DNA of 64,000 bases from Chloropicon primus (taxonomy: Eukaryota): positions 62,001 through 126,000 of the forward strand of contig CP060763.1 of assembly GCA_023205875.1 (NCBI GenBank). The letters run 5' to 3'. Positions 23,601 to 38,600 of this stretch are shown here, piece after piece (the first letter of the stretch is position 1; each line of letters begins with the position of its first letter). The position numbers and the translations under genes were made by a program. The notes below the pieces were generated by a model. That model saw nothing but the letters and a program-made list of their open reading frames with translations, was not told the origin of the DNA and did no database searches.

Positions 23601-26600
23601 TCTCAGGACGGGTAACACCACATCAGGAGAGTCTGGCTTGATTGCTCTTGAGACTGGTGAGGGCGTTGATGGTTCTGGTGGCGACCTTCGTTTCAAGGTT
23701 GGTACCGGTAACTCTGGTGACGGTGGTGATATCCTGTTCAGGGCAGGTGAGACCACCGATGCTGACTCTGCTGGTGGCAAGATTGCACTTAGTGGAGGCA
23801 AGGGCTCTAGTGATCACACTTATCATGGTGGTGTTGGTGGAGACATCCTGTTGACTGGTGGTGAGGCCCTCGGCAATGATGACCAGCATGACGTGGGTGG
23901 TGACATCTACTTGTCTGGTGGTCAGGCAGCATCTGCCCGTGGTGGTGATATCGAATTCAACACTGGTTACAGTCAATCCACCAACAGTGGTTCCATGAGA
24001 TTGAGCACCGTTGACTCTGGTTTTTACGGTGTGAGCGGATCCATGTCTCTCAGGACGGGCAAGACCACATCTGGAGAGTCTGGTGCGATTGCTCTTGAGA
24101 CTGGTGAGGGTGTTGACGGTTCTGGTGGCGACCTTCGTTTCAAGGTTGGTACCGGTAACTCTGGTGACGGTGGTGACATCCTGTTCAGGGCAGGTGAGAC
24201 CACCGATGCTGACTCTGCTGGTGGCAAGATTGCACTTAGTGGAGGCAAGGGTTCTGATGATTCCTCCGCTCATGGTGGTGTTGGTGGAGACATCTTGTTG
24301 ACTGGTGGCGAGGCCCTCGGCAATGATGACCATCATGACGTGGGTGGTGACATCTACTTGTCTGGTGGTCAAGCAGCATCTGCCCGCGGTGGTGACATTG
24401 AATTCAACACAGGATACAGTGCGTCCACCGACAGTGGCTCGATGAGAATGAGCACCGTTGACTCTGGTTCTTCTGGTGTGAGTGGCAATATCAGTATAGC
24501 AACTGGCAAAACCACATCTGGAGAGTCTGGCTTGATTGTTCTTGAGACTGGTGAGGGTGTTGATGGTTCTGGTGGCGACCTTCGTTTCAAGGTTGGTACC
24601 GGTAACTCTGGTGACGGTGGTGATATCCTGTTCAGGGCAGGTGAGACCACTGATGCTGACTCCGCTGGTGGCAAGATTGCACTTAGTGGAGGCAAGGGAA
24701 CTGATGATTCCTCCGCTCATGGTGGTGTTGGTGGAGACATCCTGTTGACTGGTGGCCAGGCGCTCGGCTCTGATAATCAGACTGACGTTGGTGGTGACAT
24801 CTACTTGTCTGGTGGTCAAGCAGCATCTGCCCGCGGTGGTGACATTGAATTCAACACAGGATACAGTGCGTCCACCAACAGTGGCTCGATGAGAATGAGC
24901 ACCGTTGACTCTGGTTCTTCTGGTGTGAGTGGGTCCATGTCTCTCAGGACGGGCAAGACCACATCTGGAGAGTCTGGATTTATTGCTCTTGAGACTGGTG
25001 AGGGCGTTGATGGTTCTGGTGGCGACCTTCGTTTCAAGGTTGGTACCGGTAACTCTGGCCATGGCGGTGATATCCTTTTCAGGGCAGGTGAGACCACTGA
25101 TGCTGACTCTGCTGGAGGTAATATTGCACTCACTGGTGGCGAAGGCTCAGATGGTCTGTCTGCGTATGGTGGTCGTGGTGGAGAAATTATTGTGAATGGA
25201 GGCGAAGCGTTTGGACTCAATAGCGAAACCGATATTGGAGGCGACATCCATATTTCTGGTGGTCAAGCCTCCTCTGCCCGTGGTGGTGACATTGAGGTGA
25301 ACACAGGATACAGTGAGTCCACCAACAGTGGCTCCATGAGATTGAGCACCGTTGACTCTGGTTCCTCTGGTGTGAGTGGATCCATGTCTCTTAGGACGGG
25401 TAACACCACATCAGGAGAGTCTGGCTTGATTGCTCTTGAGACTGGTGAAGGTGTCGGAGGCTCTGGTGGCGATGTCCACGTTTCAGTTGGTGCTGGAGAC
25501 TTTGGAGATGGCGGTGAGATCAAGCTTACTGCAGGATCCACTGTCCACGATGGTTCCACTGGAGGAAAGATCACCCTCCACGCAGGAGCTGGCGAAAATG
25601 AAGAAGCTGGCCCCTTGGGCATCTCTGGTGGCGACATTGAGTTGATTGCCGGAGAAGCTTTTTACGGACTGGGTGGCACCAATGATTTTGGTGGTAATAT
25701 CCTTGTGTCTGGTGGTGAGTCTGAGATGGGCATTGGTGGCAACATAGAGTTGAAGAGTGGTTACGGTGTTGCCCAGACTAGTGGTCAAATCGACATCCAC
25801 ACGGCTGATGCTGGTTTGTCTGGTGTAAGTGGTCTTATGAGCATGAGCACCGGCAACACCACCAATGGCGATTCTGGCGTAGTCGATGTGAGCACAGGCA
25901 GTGCCATCAATGGTGCTGGAGGTCACATCGCTGCGAGCGTTGGAACAGGCAACAAGGGCAATGGAGGCGATGTGTATGTCCGTGCCGGTGAGACCACTGA
26001 TGCGGCATCTTCCGGCGGCAACATTAAGTTAGTCGGCGGCATGGGTAGCAGCACTGCTCACACCGGTGGCGGTGTTGGCGGCGACATCTTGTTGACCGGT
26101 GGCAAGGCCCTTGGCTCTAATGACCAGACTGACGTGGGTGGTGACATCTACTTGTCTGGTGGTCAAGCGTCCTCTGCCCGCGGCGGGGACGTTGAGGTGA
26201 GCACAGGATACAGTGAGTCCACGGACAGTGGCTCGATGAGAATGAGCACCGTTGACTCTGGTTCTTCTGGTGTGAGCGGATCCATGTCGCTCAGGACGGG
26301 CAACACCACATCAGGAGAGTCTGGCTTGATTGCTCTTGAGACTGGTAGAGGCAATGGAGGCTCTGGTGGTGATCTTCGTTTCAAGGTTGGTACCGGTAAC
26401 TTTGGTGACGGTGGTGATATCCTGTTCAGGGCAGGTGAGACCACCGATGCTGACTCCGCTGGTGGCAAGATTGCACTTAGTGGAGGCAAGGGAACTGATG
26501 ATTCCTCCTCTCATGGTGGTGTTGGTGGAGACATCTTGTTGACTGGTGGTGAGGCCCTCGGCAATGATAATCAGACTGACGTGGGTGGTGACATCTACTT

Positions 26601-29600
26601 GTCTGGTGGTCAAGCAGCATCTGCCCGCGGTGGTGACATTGAATTCAACACAGGATACAGTGCGTCCACCAACAGTGGTTCCGATGAGAATGAGCACCGT
26701 TGACTCTGGTTCTTCTGGTGTGAGTGGGTCCATGTCTCTCAGGACGGGCAAGACCACATCTGGAGAGTCTGGATTTATTGCTCTTGAGACTGGTGAGGGT
26801 GTCGGAGGTTCTGGTGGCGACCTTCGTTTCAAGGTTGGTACCGGTAACTCTGGCCATGGCGGTGATATCCTTTTCAGGGCAGGTGAGACCACCGATGCTG
26901 ACTCTGCTGGAGGTAATATTGCACTCACTGGTGGCGAAGGCTCAGATGGTCTGTCTGCGTATGGTGGTCGTGGTGGAGAAATTATTGTGAATGGAGGCGA
27001 AGCGTTTGGACTCAATAGCGAAACCGATATTGGAGGCGACATCCATATTTCTGGTGGTCAAGCCTCCTCTGCCCGTGGTGGTGACATTGAGGTGAGCACA
27101 GGATACAGTGAGTCCACCAACAGTGGCTCCATGAGATTGAGCACCGTTGACTCTGGTTCCTCTGGTGTGAGCGGATCCATGTCCCTTTACACGGGCAAGA
27201 CCACTGCCGGCACGTCTGGCTTGATTGAGCTTGAGACTGGTGAAGGTGTCGGAGGCTCTGGTGGCGATGTCCACGTTTCAGTTGGTGCTGGAGACTTTGG
27301 AGATGGCGGTGAGATCAAGCTTACTGCAGGATCCACTGTCCACGATGGTTCCACTGGAGGAAAGATCACCCTCCACGCAGGAGCTGGCGAGAATGAAGAA
27401 GCTGGCCCCTTGGGCATCTCTGGTGGCGACATTGAGTTGATTGCCGGAGAAGCTTTTTACGGACTGGGTGGCACCAATGATTTTGGTGGTAATATCCTTG
27501 TGTCTGGTGGTGAGTCTGAGATGGGCATTGGTGGCAACATAGAGTTGAAGAGTGGTTACGGTGTTGCCCAGACTAGTGGTCAAATCGACATCCACACGGC
27601 TGATGCTGGTTTGTCTGGTGTAAGTGGTCTTATGAGCATGAGCACCGGCAACACCACCAATGGCGATTCTGGCGTAGTCGATGTGAGCACAGGCAGTGCC
27701 ATCAATGGTGCTGGAGGTCACATCGCTGCGAGCGTTGGAACAGGCAACAAGGGCAATGGAGGCGATGTGTATGTCCGTGCCGGTGAGACCACTGATGCGG
27801 CATCTTCCGGCGGCAACATTAAGTTAGTCGGCGGCGCGGGTAGCAGCACTGCTCACACCGGTGGTGGTGTTGGCGGCGACATCTTGTTGACCGGTGGCGA
27901 GGCCCTTGGCTCTAATGACCAGACTGACGTGGGTGGTGATATCTACTTGTCTGGTGGTCAAGCGTCCTCTGCCCGCGGCGGGGACGTTGAGGTGAGCACA
28001 GGATACAGTGAGTCCACCAACAGTGGCTCCATGAGAATGAGCACCGTTGACTCTGGTTCTTCTGGTGTGAGCGGATCCATGTCGCTCAGGACGGGCAAGA
28101 CCACATCAGGAGAGTCTGGCTTGATTGAGCTTGAGACTGGTGAAGGCGATGGAGGCTCTGGTGGTGATCTTCGTTTCAAGGTTGGTACCGGTAACTTTGG
28201 TGACGGTGGTGATATCCTGTTCAGGGCAGGTGAGACCACCGATGCTGACTCTGCTGGTGGCAAGATTGCCCTTAACGGTGGCAAGGGAATTGATGATTCC
28301 TCCTCTCATGGTGGTGTTGGTGGAGACATCTTGTTGACTGGTGGCGAGGCCCTTGGCAATGATGACCAGCATGACGTGGGTGGTGACATCTACTTGTCTG
28401 GTGGTCAGGCAGCCTCTGCCCGCGGTGGTGATATCGAATTCAACACTGGTTACAGTGAATCCACGGACAGTGGCTCCATGCGATTGAGCACCGTTGACTC
28501 TGGTTCTTCTGGTGTGAGCGGATCCATGTCCCTTTACACGGGCAAGACCACTGCCGGCACGTCTGGCTTGATTGAGCTTGAGTCTGGTGAAGGCGATGGA
28601 GGCTCTGGTGGTGACCTTCGTTTCAAGGTTGGTACCGGTAACTCTGGCCATGGCGGTGATATCCTGTTTAGGGCAGGTGAGACCACCGATGCTGACTCTG
28701 CTGGAGGTAATATTGCACTCACTGGTGGCGAAGGCTCAGATGGTCTGTCTGCGTATGGTGGTCGTGGTGGAGAAATAATTTTGACTGGTGGTGTTGCTGC
28801 TGGTCAAAATTCTGATACTGATACTGGAGGTGATATCTTGGTTGCTGGTGGTCAGGCAGCCTCTGCCCGCGGTGGTGATCTTGACATGCGCACTGGATAC
28901 AGTGAGTCCACGGACAGTGGTTCCATGAGATTGAGCACTGTCAACGCTGGTTCTTCTGGTGTGAGTGGATCCATGTCTCTCAGGACGGGGAAGACCACAT
29001 CTGGAGAGTCTGGTGTGATTGAGCTTGAGACTGGTGAGGGTGTTGACGGTTCTGGTGGCGACCTTCGTTTCAAGGTTGGTACCGGTAACTCTGGTGACGG
29101 TGGTGACATCCTGTTTAGGGCAGGTGAGACCACCGATGCTGACTCCGCTGGTGGCAAGATTGCACTTAGTGGAGGCATGGGTTCTGATGATTCCTCCTCT
29201 CATGGTGGAGTTGGTGGAGACATCTTGTTGACTGGTGGCGAGGCCCTCGGTAATGATGACCAGCATGACGTGGGTGGTGACATCTACTTGTCTGGTGGTC
29301 AGGCAGCCTCTGCCCGCGGTGGTGATCTCGAATTCAACACTGGTTACAGTGAGTCCACCAACAGTGGCTCCATGAGAATGAGCACCGTTGACTCTGGTTC
29401 TTCTGGTGTGAGTGGATCCATGTCTCTCAGGACGGGCAACACCACATCAGGAAAATCTGGCTTGATATCTGTTGAGACTGGTGAGGGTGTTGATGGTTCT
29501 GGTGGCGACCTTCGTTTCAAGGTTGGTACCGGTAACTCTGGTGACGGTGGTGACATCCTGTTTAGGGCAGGTGAGACCACCGATGCTGACTCTGCTGGTG

Positions 29601-32600
29601 GCAAGATTGCACTTAGTGGAGGCAAGGGCTCTGATGATTCCTCTGATCATGGTGGTGTTGGTGGAGACATCTTGCTGACTGGTGGCGAGGCCCTCGGCAA
29701 TGATGACCAGCATGACGTGGGTGGTGACATCTACTTGTCTGGTGGTCAGGCGTCCTCTGCCCGCGGTGGTGATCTCGAATTCAACACTGGTTACAGTGAA
29801 TCCACCAACAGTGGCTCCATGCGATTGACTACTGTGAATTCTGGTTCTTCTGGTGTGAGTGGCAATATCAGTATATCAACTGGCAACACCACATCAGGAG
29901 AGTCTGGATTTATTGCTCTTGAGACTGGTGAGGGCGTTGATGGTTCTGGTGGCGACCTTCGTTTCAAGGTTGGTACCGGTAACTTTGGTGACGGCGGTGA
30001 TATCCTGTTCAGGGCAGGTGAGACCACCGATGCTGACTCTGCTGGTGGCAAGATTGCACTTAGTGGAGGCAAGGGAACTGATGATTCCTCCGCTCATGGT
30101 GGTGTTGGTGGAGACATCTTGTTGACTGGTGGTGAGGCCCTCGGCAATGATGACCAGCATGACGTGGGTGGTGACATCTACTTGTCTGGTGGTCAGGCAG
30201 CCTCTGCCCGCGGTGGTGATATCGAATTCAAAACTGGTTACAGTGAATCCACCAACAGTGGCTCCATACGATTGAGCACCGTTGACTCTGGTTCTTCTGG
30301 TGTGAGTGGCAATATCAGTATATCAACTGGCAAAACCACATCTGGAGAGTCTGGTGCGATTGAGCTGGAGACTGGTGAGGGTGTTGACGGTTCTGGTGGT
30401 GACCTTCGTTTCAAGGTTGGTACCGGTAACTCTGATGACGGTGGTGATATCCTGTTCAGGGCAGGTGAGACCACTGATGCTGACTCTGCTGGTGGTATGA
30501 TTGAACTCATTGGCGGAAAGGGTTTTGACGACACTGGAGATTCCTCAAGCGGTTCTAGTGACGCAGAGCCATGGATCGAGGTTACTGATTTCTTTGACAT
30601 GTACTTTGGGACCTGTGACCACAATGTAGCTGGAAGCACAATGTTGTATGAGGATGACCCCCATGATGGTTGCACTTCTGCAGAATTCTGCTTGGACTAC
30701 TGTGCAACAAATTATCCGGCTACAACACATGTTGACTACTACTTGAAATGGAGTTTCTCTGATACTCAGTGTGGTTGCAGATGTTACGATGGATGCGCGT
30801 CTCACACTATCAAGCATAATCGAGCACTTGAGGTTTACCAAAGGAATCCGGACTACACATCAGGCCCAAGTCATGGTGGTCGTGGTGGTAAGATTCGGAT
30901 TGGAGGTGGTGAAGCTCGTGGATCCAACAACCAGACTGACGTGGGTGGTGACATCTACTTGTCTGGTGGTCAGGCAGCCTCTGCCCGCGGTGGTGACGTT
31001 GAGGTAAGCACTGGATACAGTGAGTCCACCAACAGTGGTTCCATGAGAATGAGCACCGTCGACTCTGGTTTTTACGGTGTGAGTGGATCCATGTCTCTCA
31101 GGACGGGCAACACCACAAACGGAGAGTCTGGCTTGATTGAGCTTGAGACTGGTGAGGGTGTCGGAGGCTCTGGTGGCGACCTTCGTTTCAAGGTTGGTAC
31201 CGGTAACTCTGGTGACGGTGGTGATGTTCTTATTGCTGCCGGTGAGACCACATCCAATTCTGCTGTCGGAGGTAGAGTTTCTGTGGTTTCTGGTGCTGCT
31301 TCTGATGGAGCTGGTGGAGACATTTCTCTGAGAGTTGGTCTTGGAAATAGTGGCAAAGGTGGTGATGTTCTTATTGCTGCTGGAGAGACCACTGATGACG
31401 ACTCTGCTGGTGGCAAGATTGCACTCACTGGAGGCAAGGGCTCTGATGATTCCTCTGATCATGGTGGTGTTGGTGGAGACATCTTGTTGACTGGTGGCGA
31501 GGCCCTCGGCAATGATGACCAGCATGACGTGGGTGGTGACATCTACTTGTCTGGTGGTCAGGCAGCCTCTGCCCGCGGCGGTGACATTCATTTGTCTGGA
31601 GGTCAAGGTGCCCTTTCCCGCGGTGGTGATCTTGACATTCGCACTGGATACAGTGAGTCCACCAACAGTGGCTCCATGAGATTGAGCACCGTTGACTCTG
31701 GTTCTTCTGGTGTGAGTGGATCCATGTCTCTCAGGACGGGTAACACCACATCAGGAGAGTCTGGTGCGATTGCTCTTGAGACTGGTCAAGGTGATGGAGG
31801 TTCTGGTGGCGACCTTCGTTTCAAGGTTGGTACCGGTAATTCTGGTGACGGTGGTGACATCCTGTTTAGGGCAGGTGAGACCACCGATGCTGACTCTGCT
31901 GGTGGCAAGATTGCACTTAGTGGAGGCAAGGGTTCTGATGATTCCTCCGCTCATGGTGGTGTTGGTGGAGACATCTTGTTGACTGGTGGTGAGGCCCTCG
32001 GCAATGATGACCAGCATGACGTGGGTGGCGACATCTACTTGTCTGGTGGTCAGGCGTCCTCTGCCCGCGGTGGTGACATTGAATTCAACACAGGATACAG
32101 TCAATCCACGGACAGTGGTTCCATGCGATTGAGCACCGTTGACTCTGGTTCTTCTGGTGTGAGTGGATCCATGTCTCTCAGAACGGGCAACACCACAAAC
32201 GGAGAGTCTGGTGTGATTGAGCTTGAGACTGGTGAGGGCGTTGATGGTTCTGGTGGCGACCTTCGTTTCAAGGTTGGTACCGGTAACTCTGGTGACGGTG
32301 GTGACATCCTGTTCAGGGCAGGTGAGACCACTGATGCTGACTCTGCTGGTGGCAAGATTGCACTTAGTGGAGGCAAGGGAACTGATGATTCATCTCCTCA
32401 TGGTGGAGTTGGTGGAGACATCTTGTTGACTGGTGGCGAGGCCCTCGGCAATGATGACCAGCATGACGTGGGTGGCGACATCTACTTGTCTGGTGGTCAA
32501 GCAGCATCTGCCCGCGGTGGTGATATCGAATTCAACACTGGTTACAGTGAGTCCACCAACAGTGGCTCCATGCGATTGAGCACCGTTGACTCTGGTTCTT

Positions 32601-35600
32601 CTGGTGTGAGTGGATCCATGTCTCTCAGGACGGGCAACACCACATCAGGAAAATCTGGCTTGGTATCTGTTGAGACTGGTGAGGGTGTTGATGGTTCTGG
32701 TGGCGACCTTCGTTTCAAGGTTGGTACCGGTAACTCTGGTGACGGTGGTGACATCCTGTTCAGGGCAGGTGAGACCACCGATGCTGACTCTGCTGGTGGC
32801 AAGATTGCACTTAGTGGAGGCATGGGTTCTGATGATTCCTCCTCTCATGGTGGTGTTGGTGGAGACATCTTGTTGACTGGTGGTGAGGCCCTCGGCAATG
32901 ATAATCAGACTGACGTGGGTGGCGACATCTACTTGTCTGGTGGTCAAGCAGCATCTGCCCGCGGTGGTGATATCGAATTCAACACTGGTTACAGTGAGTC
33001 CACCAACAGTGGTTCCATGAGATTGAGCACCGTTGACTCTGGTTTTTACGGTGTGAGCGGATCCATGTCTCTCAGGACGGGCAAGAGTACAAACGGAGAG
33101 TCTGGCTTGATTGAGCTTGAGACTGGTGAGGGTGTCGGAGGTTCTGGTGGTGACCTTCGTTTCAAGGTTGGTACCGGTAACTCTGGTGACGGTGGTGATG
33201 TTCTTATTGCTGCCGGTGAGACCACATCCAATTCTGCTGTCGGAGGTAGAGTTTCTGTGGTTTCTGGTGCTGCTTCTGATGGAGCTGGTGGAGACATTTC
33301 TCTGAGAGTTGGTCTTGGAAATAGTGGCAAAGGTGGTGATGTTCTTATTGCTGCTGGAGAGACTACGGATTCAGATTCCACAGGAGGTAACGTCGTTCTT
33401 GAAGGAGGAATGGGAAGCAGTGACGATGGAGTAGGAGGTGGAGTTGGTGGCGACCTCTCCTTTACAGGTGGTGACGCTCTTGGTGCTGCTGGTGCTTCTG
33501 ATGATGGTGGCGACATATCATTGACTGGAGGTCAAGCAGCTGCAGCCAAGGGTGGTTCCATTTCAATCATGAGTGGATATAGTCAATCTTCTACAAGTGG
33601 TGGAATTTTGATTGGAACTGACAATGCTGGCGTGTCTGGTGTGAGTGGATCCATGTCCCTATCGACAGGAAATGCTACTGCTGGAATGTCGGGCAAGATT
33701 GAGATTGAGACCGGTGAGGGTGTTGGAGGCTCTGGTGGCGACATTAGCTTCGCTGTTGGCACTGGTAATCTCGGTGATGGTGGTGGAGTGTACGTGACTG
33801 CTGGAGAGTCCACAGACTCTCGCAGTCAGGGTGGCAATATCACTATGACAGCTGGCCGCGGATCAGGTAACAGTGTGACCGGAGGTGACATTGTGCTGAC
33901 TGCCGGTGAGTCTCATAATGAAAACTCTTCTGCAGATCAAAGCGAGATGTATGGCGGATCTGTTTACATTCAGAGTGGACACAGCACTGGAATCACGAGC
34001 GGTGACGTTAGTATCAGCACAGACAACGCAGGCGTTTCCGGTGTGAGCGGATCCATGTCCCTTTACACGGGCAAGACCACTGCCGGCACGTCTGGCTTGA
34101 TTGAGCTTGAGACTGGTGAAGGTGTCGGAGGCTCTGGTGGCGATGTCCACGTTTCAGTTGGTGCTGGAGACTTTGGAGATGGCGGTGAGATCAAGCTTAC
34201 TGCAGGATCCACTGTCCACGATGGTTCCACTGGAGGAAAGATCACCCTCCACGCAGGAGCTGGCGAGAATGAAGAAGCTGGCCCCTTGGGCATCTCTGGT
34301 GGCGACATTGAGTTGATTGCCGGAGAAGCTTTTTACGGACTGGGTGGCACCAATGATTTTGGTGGTAATATCCTTGTGTCTGGTGGTGAGTCTGAGATGG
34401 GCATTGGTGGCAACATAGAGTTGAAGAGTGGTTACGGTGTTGCCCAGACTAGTGGTCAAATCGACATCCACACGGCTGATGCTGGTTTGTCTGGTGTAAG
34501 TGGTCTTATGAGCATGAGCACCGGCAACACCACCAATGGAGATTCTGGCGTAGTCGATGTGAGCACAGGCAGTGCCATCAATGGTGCTGGAGGTCACATC
34601 GCTGCGAGCGTTGGAACAGGCAACAAGGGCAATGGAGGCGATGTGTATGTCCGTGCCGGTGAGACCACTGATGCGGCATCTTCCGGCGGCAACATTAAGT
34701 TAGTCGGCGGCATGGGTAGCAGCACTGCTCACACCGGTGGCGGTGTTGGCGGCGACATCTTGTTGACCGGTGGCGAGGCCCTTGGCTCTAATGACCAGAC
34801 TGACGTGGGTGGTGATATCTACTTGTCTGGTGGTCAAGCCTCCACTGCCCGCGGCGGGGACGTTGAAGTGAGCACAGGATACAGTGAGTCCACCAACAGT
34901 GGCTCCATGAGATTGAGCACCGTTGACTCTGGTTCCTCTGGTGTGAGCGGATCCATGTCCCTTTACACGGGCAAGACCACTGCCGGCACGTCTGGCTTGA
35001 TTGAGCTTGAGACTGGTGAAGGTGTCGGAGGCTCTGGTGGCGATGTCCACGTTTCAGTTGGTGCTGGAGACTTTGGAGATGGCGGTGAGATCAAGCTTAC
35101 TGCAGGATCCACTGTCCACGATGGTTCCACTGGAGGAAAGATCACCCTCCACGCAGGAGCTGGCGAGAATGAAGAAGCTGGCCCCTTGGGCATCTCTGGT
35201 GGCGACATTGAGTTGATTGCCGGAGAAGCTTTTTACGGACTGGGTGGCACCAATGATTTTGGTGGTAATATCCTTGTGTCTGGTGGTGAGTCTGAGATGG
35301 GCATTGGTGGCAACATAGAGTTGAAGAGTGGTTACGGTGTTGCCCAGACTAGTGGTCAAATCGACATCCACACGGCTGATGCTGGTTTGTCTGGTGTAAG
35401 TGGTCTTATGAGCATGAGCACCGGCAACACCACCAATGGCGATTCTGGCGTAGTCGATGTGAGCACAGGCAGTGCCATCAATGGTGCTGGAGGTCACATC
35501 GCTGCGAGCGTTGGAACAGGCAACAAGGGCAATGGAGGCGATGTGTATGTCCGTGCCGGTGAGACCACTGATGCGGCATCTTCCGGCGGCAACATTAAGT

Positions 35601-38600
35601 TAGTCGGCGGCATGGGTAGCAGCACTGCTCACACCGGTGGCGGTGTTGGCGGCGACATCTTGTTGACCGGTGGCGAGGCCCTTGGCTCTAATGACCAGAC
35701 TGACGTGGGTGGTGATATCTACTTGTCTGGTGGTCAAGCCTCCACTGCCCGCGGCGGGGACGTTGAAGTGAGCACAGGATACAGTGAGTCCACCAACAGT
35801 GGCTCCATGAGATTGAGCACCGTTGACTCTGGTTCTTCTGGTGTGAGCGGATCCATGTCTCTCAGGACGGGCGACACCACATCAGGAGAGTCTGGCTTGA
35901 TTGAGCTTGAGACTGGTGAGGGTGTTGATGGTTCTGGTGGTGACCTTCGTTTCAAGGTTGGTACCGGTAACTCTGGTGACGGTGGTGACATCCTGTTCAG
36001 GGCAGGTGAGACCACCGATGCTGACTCTGCTGGTGGCAAGATTGCACTTAGTGGAGGCAAGGGCTCTAGTGATCACACTTATCATGGTGGAGTTGGTGGA
36101 GACATCTTGTTGACTGGTGGTGAGGCCCTCGGCAATGATGACCAGCATGACGTGGGTGGTGACATCTACTTGTCTGGTGGTCAGGCGTCCTCTGCCCGCG
36201 GTGGTGATATCGAATTCAAAACTGGTTACAGTGAGTCCACCAACAGTGGCTCCATGAGATTGAGCACCGTTGATTCTGGTTCTTCTGGTGTGAGCGGATC
36301 CATGTCTCTCAGGACGGGCGGCACCACATCAGGAGAGTCTGGTGCGATTGAACTTAACACTGGTGAGGGTGTTGATGGTTCTGGTGGTGACCTTCGTTTC
36401 AAGGTTGGTACCGGTAACTCTGGTGACGGTGGTGATATCTTGTTCAGGGCAGGTGAGACCACCGATGCTGACTCTGCTGGTGGCAAGATTGCACTTAGTG
36501 GAGGCAAGGGCTCTAGTGATCACACTTATCATGGTGGAGTTGGTGGAGACATCTTGTTGACTGGTGGTGAGGCCCTCGGCAATGATGACCAGCATGACGT
36601 GGGTGGTGACATCTACTTGTCTGGTGGTCAGGCAGCCTCTGCCCGCGGTGGTGATATCGAATTCAAAACTGGTTACAGTGAGTCCACCAACAGTGGCTCC
36701 ATGAGAATGAGCACCGTTGACTCTGGTTCTTCTGGTGTGAGCGGATCCATGTCTCTCAGGACGGGCAACACCTCATCAGGAGAGTCTGGTGCGATTGAAC
36801 TTGAGACTGGTGAGGGTGTTGACGGTTCTGGTGGCGACCTTCGTTTCAAGGTTGGTACCGGTAACTCTGGTGACGGTGGTGACATCCTGTTCAGGGCAGG
36901 TGAGACCACGGATGCTAGACTCTGCTGGTGGCAAGATTGCACTTAGTGGAGGCAAGGGTTCTGATGAGTCCTCCTCTCATGGTGGTGTTGGTGGAGACAT
37001 CTTGTTGACTGGTGGCGAGGCCCTCGGCAATGATGACCAGCATGACGTGGGTGGTGACATCTACTTGTCTGGTGGTCAAGCAGCCTCTGCCCGCGGTGGT
37101 GACATTGAATTCAACACAGGATACAGTCAATCCACGGACAGTGGTTCCATGAGATTGAGCACCGTTGACTCTGGTTCTTCTGGTGTGAGCGGATCCATGT
37201 CTCTCAGGACGGGCAACACCACATCAGGAGAGTCTGGTGCGATTGAGCTTGAGACTGGTGAGGGTGTTGACGGTTCTGGTGGTGACCTTCGTTTCAAGGT
37301 TGGTACCGGTAACTCTGGTGACGGTGGTGACATCCTGTTCAGGGCAGGTGAGACCACCGATGCTGACTCTGCTGGTGGCAAGATTGCACTTAGTGGAGGC
37401 AAGGGTTCTGATGATTCCTCCTCTCATGGTGGAGTTGGTGGAGACATCTTGTTGACTGGTGGCGAGGCCCTCGGCAATGATGACCAGCATGACGTGGGTG
37501 GTGACATCTACTTGTCTGGTGGTCAGGCGTCCTCTGCCCGCGGTGGTGATATCGAATTCAACACAGGATACAGTCAATCCACGGACAGTGGTTCCATGCG
37601 ATTGAGCACCGTTGACTCTGGTTCCTCTGGTGTGAGTGGCAATATCAGTATATCAACTGGCAACACCACATCAGGAGAGTCTGGCTTAATTGAGCTTGAG
37701 ACTGGTGAGGGTGTTGATGGTTCTGGTGGTGACCTTCGTTTCAAGGTTGGTACCGGTAACTCTGGTGACGGTGGTGACATCCTGTTCAGGGCAGGTGAGA
37801 CCACCGATGCTGACTCTGCTGGTGGCAAGATTGCACTTAGTGGAGGCAAGGGCTCTAGTGATCACACTTATCATGGTGGTGTTGGTGGAGACATCTTGTT
37901 GACTGGTGGCGAGGCCCTTGGCAATGATGACCAGCATGACGTTGGTGGTGACATCTACTTGTCTGGTGGTCAGGCGTCCTCTGCCCGCGGTGGTGACATT
38001 GAATTCAACACAGGATACAGTGAGTCCACGGACAGTGGCTCCATGCGATTGAGCACCGTTGACTCTGGTTCTTCTGGTGTGAGTGGCAATATCAGTATAT
38101 CAACTGGCAACACCACATCAGGAGAGTCTGGTGCGATTGAGCTTGAGACTGGTGAGGGTGTTGATGGTTCTGGTGGTGACCTTCGTTTCAAGGTTGGTAC
38201 CGGTAACTCTGGTGACGGTGGTGACATCCTGTTCAGGGCAGGTGAGACCACCGATGCTGACTCTGCTGGTGGCAAGATTGCACTTAGTGGAGGCAAGGGC
38301 TCTAGTAATCACACTTATCGTGGTGGTGTTGGTGGAGACATCTTGTTGACTGGTGGCGAGGCCCTCGGCAATGATGATCAGCATGACGTTGGTGGTGACA
38401 TCTACTTGTCTGGTGGTCAGGCACCCTCTGCCCGCGGTGGTGATATCGAATTCAAAACTGGTTACAGTGAGTCCACCAACAGTGGTTCCATGAGATTGAG
38501 CACCGTTGACTCTGGTTCTTCTGGTGTGAGTGGATCTATGTCTCTCAGGACGGGTAACACCACATCAGGAGAGTCTGGTGCGATTGCTCTTGAGACTGGT

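Noticed and set aside
26675..36925. Programmed ribosomal frameshifting
   Set aside because: No slippery heptamer at either site, and dozens of homologous units lack the extra base.
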